Below are positions 57,346 through 64,000 of a stretch of 64,000 bases of DNA, piece by piece. A model generated the notes under the pieces. That model saw only the letters and a list, made by a program, of their open reading frames with translations. It ran no database searches and was not told the origin of the DNA. The position numbers and the translations under genes were made by a program. The DNA comes from the human T2T-CHM13v2.0 reference genome, Homo sapiens. The stretch lies in assembly GCF_009914755.1 (NCBI RefSeq), contig NC_060926.1. One strand, written 5' to 3'. Numbering within the stretch: position 1 is the first letter of the stretch; each line of letters starts with the position of its first letter.

Positions 57346-59454
57346 TTATAATTAATAACTTCTATCCAATAGTATTTCATGCATTACATAGCTCTAAATA
57401 GGATATTAGTTATATATAATATTTTCTTAGATTTTTTAAAACCCTCTATGTCTACCCATGGTCATTAATTTTTTTCCTGTTTCTAATTTTTTATCTACTC
57501 TTCTCTCCCTACCCTCCTCATTGCTTCTTTGCATAATAGTAGCAGAAAGGTTATTTCTCATATGATTATTTTTATAATAAAAACTCATTAAATTATATAT
57601 CCCTCTCAATTGGAATGCTTGGCTCCCTTAACTTCTTTTTTAATTTCATAAGCACTTTTCTAAAACCCCTTGGATATAACATTTTCGTTTCATTTTGTTT
57701 TTGCAATTAATAATTTCATATTACCCTCTTTAATTCAGAGTAATTTAGGAACATATGACTAAATTTCCAACTGTCCTTTTAAAATTAGTTGCACATTTAT
57801 GAAATACAGTGTTTCAGCCACAGTAATATCTAGGATCCCTTATAGCTCTAATTCTACCTATTTATTAGCGCTAATTTTACAATGTCTCTGTAGAGAAGTT
57901 TGAAAGAATTTGGTCAATTTTAAGTGGATTTTCTTGGAGCGTGTTTTTAGATCATGTGGAGGAGATGACAGGATAAAGGAGGAAGCAGTCTCAAGAATGA
58001 AGGTGTAAGCTGCTTACTAGGATTTAGCAATCCACACCAGTTTATCTTAGAGCATCAGATGTATGACTCAAGTCTTTGTCTTCAGCCAGATGAAATGATT
58101 TTATTAAAATGGCCAGTATAAGTCATATATGACAAGGACTACAAAGGTTTCAGTTCCTTTATTTCACTATGAGGGTGGAGAAAGGGACCAGAAATACTGT
58201 TTTCCTCTGCCCACGTTCCGCAGCAACCTATTAATTTATTGATGGAAGAGTATGTTTACAAAGAGTTCATTTCCAAGGTTGATCTCTCCAATGGTTCTAA
58301 TCTATTACAAGAGAACATAGTATGATGATTTCCAGTTAAAAACAATCAAGGTTAAAACAACCTCCAAGAAGTTTTTCAAATAAAATCTATCAAATAAAAT
58401 TGAACACTTCCAGAAATCTAATGCCTTTTTTGTACAATTATATCATTGTACAGCGATAAAAGATAAATTACATCAAATTTTCAACTCTTTACTACCATTC
58501 TATTCAAACAGATAGAAGACTTTCGAACAGCCTGTAAATGTGACAACTGTCAACAATGGGTTGAAGCCAACCCATTGGTTAGTGACTCTCAGTTCTTATC
58601 TTTTTCCAGATTCTCATTCTCTGCAAGTTAGAGATGGAGGCCAAGGGCAAGATTAAACTGGGATTTGCAGGAGTCAAAAGCCCTAGGGGATGTTGCTAAC
58701 TGTGAGTATGTAGGTAACGTTTTGCTTTTTCTGAAAACCTTTCAATAAAACTGATAGAATATAGAAATGCACACAATTTCTTAAATGCTTTGATGCAGAG
58801 TCTATTAAAAGATATGAAAAGAAAATCTTCCACTGTGATATTTTATGCCTCCAGTGACCTAACTTTATGATAAAATAAAAGTCATAGAAAAATATGTAAA
58901 GTTAAATATAATTGGAACACCTGGATGGAAAAATGTTTAAAAATGGCATTACTGCCTTAACCGTACCAACATGAGCAGAAGTCCTATAATCATGTTCAGT
59001 GGTAATGTGGAACCATATGTGGTGAAATAAAATACAGGACAAATATATAAATACATCTGTTGCTACAGATTTTCAGCCTTTTAACACTCGTAGATTTCTG
59101 TTTGGGGTCTGACTCTGACTATATCCTACTGTTTTATGTATTTTTCTGTAATTTTGTGAGATTAACAGAGCCAACTTGCAGATTACTGCTAAATGTTAGT
59201 TCCTTTCTCAACTTTTAGAGTGTTGGGGCTGTAGCACTCTTTTTCTGAATGAATAACCCTCAAACACAAACTGTTTTGGTACAATCTTAGGTACTTAAAG
59301 TCCCATAATATGCCTATAATAAAACCCCAACAATTAGCCTGGCATAGCAATGTATACAACATCATATATCCGTATCCAAAAACCAACACAGTTTGACCAC
59401 CAGAAAGCTTGCAAAACAGGCATGGGTTTAATGTTTCTCAATGTCCTTCACTGC

Positions 59455-59455
<1 letters not shown>

Positions 59456-59510
<55 letters not shown>

Positions 59511-59575
59511 TGCTCTCTTTCCCCTCCCACACAGACATAGACAGACAGACAGACAGACACACACACACAGATACA
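59456..59575. repeat. (TC)26 followed by (AGAC)n/(AC)n compound microsatellite
   Basis: Perfect TC run at 59456-59507. Confidence 0.97.
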
Positions 59576-60088
59576 CAGTCTTCTATGTACAGAATATAAT
59601 TTTGAAAAACCAACCAATAATGTAAAACTGAATGCCTTTTCTCCTACAGTATAGATGAATCACAATAATTAATGTTATTATTTTAAATTAAAATTAACTA
59701 CACTGTAAATATGTATTAATTATTGCTTAATGCAGACAGGATTGGTGGTAACATTTTCTATCTCTCATAGCCTTGTAAAATAGGAATGAAAAGAAAGAAA
59801 ACTTGTATTCACGCCACAATTATTTTTTGAATATATGAGCATCGATTAAAGCAGAAATATGTTTCATTTTCTTCTTTACTAGTGTGGAAATTATGAGTGA
59901 AAATCAAATTTCATATTTGGCCCAAAATTTGGCAAATAACAATAATCTGGAAAGAAAAAATACCGCTTTTTGTATAAAAGCATTTATACTTTTAGAAAAA
60001 TAAATCCTTACAAAAAGTTTTGTTTGTGCTTTATTATTTTCTCTATCCGACAATATAGAAAAATTTGTACACCTGATAATTTATCATA

Positions 60089-60340
60089 TTTTATTTTTAA
60101 TTGACAAATAATAGTTGTACATATTTATGGGATGCATAGTGATGTTTTGATGTATATAGCAATCAGATCAGGGTAATCCGAATCTCAAACATTTATTATT
60201 TCTTCACGTTGGGACTGTTCAATATCCTCCTTTGAACTATTTGGAACTATATAACATATTATTGTTAACTATAGCTGTCTTACAATGACATAGAACACTA
60301 GAATTTATTCCTCCTCTCTAGCTAAAATTTTGTATTTTTA
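60089..60340 (-). mobile_element. L1MA 3' end
   Basis: tttaattgacaaataatagttgtacatatttatggg...ttgttaactatag...tagaacactagaatttattcctcct. Confidence 0.88.
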
Positions 60341-60394
60341 GATGGTCAAAGTTAAAAAATAAAAAGAAATATTTTTCCTTCTAACATTTGATTG

Positions 60395-60492
60395 TGTGAT
60401 ATATATATATGTATATATAGATGTGTGTGTATATATATATATATACACGCAATCTTGCATGTATATATATATATATATATACATGCAAGATT
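60395..60492. repeat. (TA)n arrays including a perfect 42-bp palindrome
   Basis: AATCTTGCATG(TA)10CATGCAAGATT at 60451-60492. Confidence 0.95.
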
Positions 60493-60663
60493 CAAACTAC
60501 TATAAACCTAGGGAATTAATAACAAAATAACAAAATAACGCTTTATGACATACCAATGGAAAAAAACAAATCATTGTCACTCCTTTTGAAATCTCTATAC
60601 AAAGTGTTTTAATTTCTATACCATCTTATTTTCTTGTCTATTAAATGAAAAGTGATGAAAATA

Positions 60664-61503
60664 CTGTCAGTTCTCATTATTCATGGATCTAATATTTGCT
60701 AACATTTCTTCTTGTTTCAGTTTTCATACCATAAACAAGTGTCCTTTTTACAGATTGTCTTAGTGCCACAATTTTTGCATTTCTGTGCTTCTTATTGGTG
60801 ATTTTGCTGTTTGAAATGGCCCCAAGCATAGTGGTAACTCTAATGTTTTTAATGTTCTTAAGAGCAAGAAGGCTGTGAACTGCCTTTGAGAACTGCCTTA
60901 GAGAAAAACACTATATATTAAATAAGGTGTATTTAAAAAGAAACACATATAAGAAAAAGTAATTGATTGGTTGATGAATATGTTGTTACCTAAAGGGGAT
61001 AGAAACCTAAACCTGAATTTCACCTAGGAGTGATGGTTCAGTGTGTTGGGTGGCTAGGGCTTCCGTAACAAAATATAGGCTTGGTGGCTTAAACAACAGA
61101 AATTTAATTTCTCACAGTTCTAAAGGCTTCAAGACCAAGGTTCCATGTTAGTCATTTTCTAGTGAAGGTGCCCTTCCTGGCTTGCTGACAGCCACCTTCT
61201 CACTATGTCCTCACATGGCCTTTCCTTAGAGTGCACGAGGGGTGGTGGGCAGGTGATATTCTCTGGCGTCACCTCTTATAAGTGCACGAATCCTACTGGA
61301 TCACGACCTCATCTCTATAACCTCATTTAATATTAATTACTTCTTTGGATACCCCATCACAAAATACAGCCATACTGGGGGTTAAGGATTCAGCATATGA
61401 ATTTGTGGAGGACACAAACATTCAGTCCATAAAATTGAGTATTCACTTATACATTGCTTGCCACAAATTAATAAAACATAACTATTGTGAATAATGAAAT
61501 CAG
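60664..61503 (-). mobile_element. MER82-like TcMar-Tigger DNA transposon fossil split by an LTR
   Basis: aacaagtgtcctttt, aaatggccccaagcatagt, aagaaggctgtga, cctaggagtgatggttcag|tattcac, aacataactattgtgaataatga; terminal inverted tcattattca/tgaataatga. Confidence 0.75.
61042..61434 (-). mobile_element. MaLR solo LTR (MLT1A0-like) nested in MER82
   Basis: ggtggcttaaacaacagaaattta...acaaacattcagtccata; 5-bp TSD TTCAG/TTGAG. Confidence 0.88.
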
Positions 61504-63034
61504 AATCATGAAATATCTGATGTTTAAGGACTAATTAATAATACTAATTGTAAAACACACAAATCAATGAGAGAGAGGTATATAATAAGCCTTTTTGTTA
61601 ACATATGGAAGAATTTAAGCTGCCGTCTTCACCAAATTTTTTTAAGAACTTGTTTATTTTGATTAAGTGAATGCTACTTATATAATTAAAAATAAAATTA
61701 ATATACAGATAAAAGTTCAAAGTGAGTAGAAAGAGGAGAAAATGCTGAGAAAGTATCTGGCTCTACAGTACTAAAGTAAATTTAGGATTGGATTTTTAAA
61801 TAATAACCCTTCTACTTGCTTGATAGCAATTTTCAATGCATTGCAGGTGGTGAATCCCATACTCATTTACCCAGTGGGCTTTTATTTGGAAAACACAATT
61901 AGAGAAATGTGAATATAATTCAACTCCTTGCTTAATATAATCCATATATGTAATAATACACCACACCAATGGTTTATGAGCAAGATCCATCAGTTTCCTA
62001 TACAATATAAAACCATTATATTCATACAGTATTTATTTTCTAAAGTTGAAACCAGTGATACATTTTACTTGTAATCTGTTATATTTCTCAATCTGTAAAT
62101 ACATTAATTTTGGTTATTCAAATAACTCTCTAATTATCACACGCTCTCAGAATTATACTTACCTAAACAATAGAGTTATTACTTAGAAAAATATATATTG
62201 AAATATTTCCCAAGTGTTCTTAATGCTTAAAATATTTTTCAGCCTTTTCTTTATTTAAATTCTTTCGTCACATAACTTCATTGCACACTGCATTATTTTC
62301 TGTTTTATCTTCAGTTTAACTTCAATTTTAATGCTTAATAACAAATAAGACAAAAAGTTCTACCTAGCTCAACTAGAATCCTCATTGTATTTTGTGAAAA
62401 TACGTGTGCTACTGAAAAATCTAACAAAATATTCAGAAAAGAAATAAAGTTTAAGAACACAGTATTAAAAAATAATAAAAAACAAAGCAATTTTTGAACC
62501 AAACTAAGTTATTACAGGACATTAAATAATTGATTTAAAACATGAAAAATAATAACAAGACTCTTAAAACACCCTAGGATTCAGAATTATATCACTATTA
62601 TAAATATATAGGAAATTTCAAATTAATGAATCATTCAATAATTTATGTCAACTAAAACAAAGATGCAAACGTGTAAAGCTGTTTAGGTGGTCTTTGGGAA
62701 CTGTATTTATGTTCTAACTTTAATTAATGTTGCCAAGCATTTAAATATTCACCAAAATCCTAAGACTCATAAAATACATTATTGAAGAAAACTGTTTAGT
62801 TGGTTAAACACAAACAAACAAAAAAATCCCATTATGTATGGCAGTATTCTCTAAAATTCTTCACAAACAAATAAAGTATCATATAAAACTTCAAAGTGAA
62901 TTGATTATAGGAAAAGCACCAGATTTTAATTACTTTTTCTGGAACACAAAGCCACAATGAATTAAACTTCTGAAGGTTAACTTGCATTATGATCTTATTC
63001 TCTGATCATGACTATATCTCCTTATTCTGTCTCA

Positions 63035-63455
63035 GATGGCACCTGTGGCTTGGGAGACCATTCTGATTCAAACCTACACCTTCCTATCTTTGGTTCCTGT
63101 GCTTCTCTGGCTCAAGGTTTTCTCAGGCCATAGAAGCTAGCTCAGGTGGGGCTCAGAGAAGGCCAGAAGAACTGGTGAGTTTATGTCCTCAAGGACAACT
63201 CTCACATAATGAGGACAGGAGTTGATGAATAAAAATCTCAGCTTTCTTGTGCCTTGATGGAGAAATCTGAGGTGTGTTCTACATACACAATTAGAGGTTC
63301 CTATAAAGATGAACCCAGTTGCACCCAGCAGTAACCTATTCATGAATGCAAACCCTGTTGGCTTTTATCCCTTCCTGGACTCACCTTCCCATGCTTTCAT
63401 CCAGCTCCTTGGAATAATCTCCATAATATACAATTTGCACCCATCCTATCTCACC
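63035..63455 (+). mobile_element. LTR16-like ERVL LTR
   Basis: ggagttgatgaataaaaatctcagctttctt; tctgaggtgtgttctaca; ccagttgcacccagcagtaac; cccttcctggactcac. Confidence 0.65.
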
Positions 63456-63691
63456 CTAACACTCTCATCAGTGGTGCTTTCTGATAAGGTGTAAGTGAAA
63501 GAAGCACTGGCATGTACTAGCCCTACCACTTGAAAGATATGTCAGCCAATAGTGGTTACAATGATTTTGGATCCAGTTCTCATTTGTAAAGACTTTATAA
63601 AAAATAATGTTTAATGTTGAGTGTCAGCCAGCAATTAACTCAAGACATGCTGTGAAAGCCAAGACTTCCATGGCCGTATTTAAAAAGACTG

Positions 63692-64000
63692 TATCGTCCT
63701 TTGGGTATATACCCAGTAATGGGATGGCTGGGTCAAATGGTATTTCCAGTTCTAGATCCCTGAGGAATCGCCACACTGACTTCCACAATGGTTGAACTAG
63801 TTTACAGTCCCACCAACAGTGTAAAAGTGTTCCTATTTCTCCACATCCTCTCCAGCACCTGTTGTTTCCTGACTTTTTAATGATTGCCATTCTAACTGGT
63901 GTGAGATGGTATCTCATTGTGGTTTTGATTTGCATTTCTCTGATGGCCAGTGACGATGAGCATTTTTTCATGTGTCTTTTGGCTGCATAAATGTCTTCTT
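63692..64000 (-). mobile_element. Young L1PA (L1PA2/3-like) ORF2 C-terminal segment, runs off the window
   Basis: ORF 63624-63971(-) is near-consensus ORF2p ([36 protein letters not shown]). No 3'UTR or tail on the left side. Confidence 0.95.

Overview
AT-rich, CpG-poor, repeat-dense genomic DNA from a simian primate (human-like: AluY/AluS, L1PA, MaLR, MIR, L2, L3). I find no intact protein-coding gene. Most tracked ORFs fall in L1, Alu or microsatellites, and the rest look like chance frames. Main architecture: (1) a four-insertion nested L1 stack at about 7.6-18.0 kb that includes a 5.8-kb dead L1PA4-6-type element; (2) a multiply palindromic AT-rich block at 21.7-22.05 kb; (3) a heavily decayed F-box/WD40 (FBXW2-like) coding relic at about 23.46-26.35 kb, split by an ancient L1MC insertion, which is the most interesting lead; (4) a tailless half-tRNA-Trp retrocopy and a full-length 7SL retrocopy; (5) many LTR, DNA-transposon and SINE fossils; (6) the inverted 5' piece of a young L1 at the right edge. 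Repeat subfamily names and protein comparisons come from remembered consensus sequences, not from a search, and boundaries of old repeats are approximate. I see no evidence of a new multi-gene system; the best leads are molecular fossils and structure-forming DNA.
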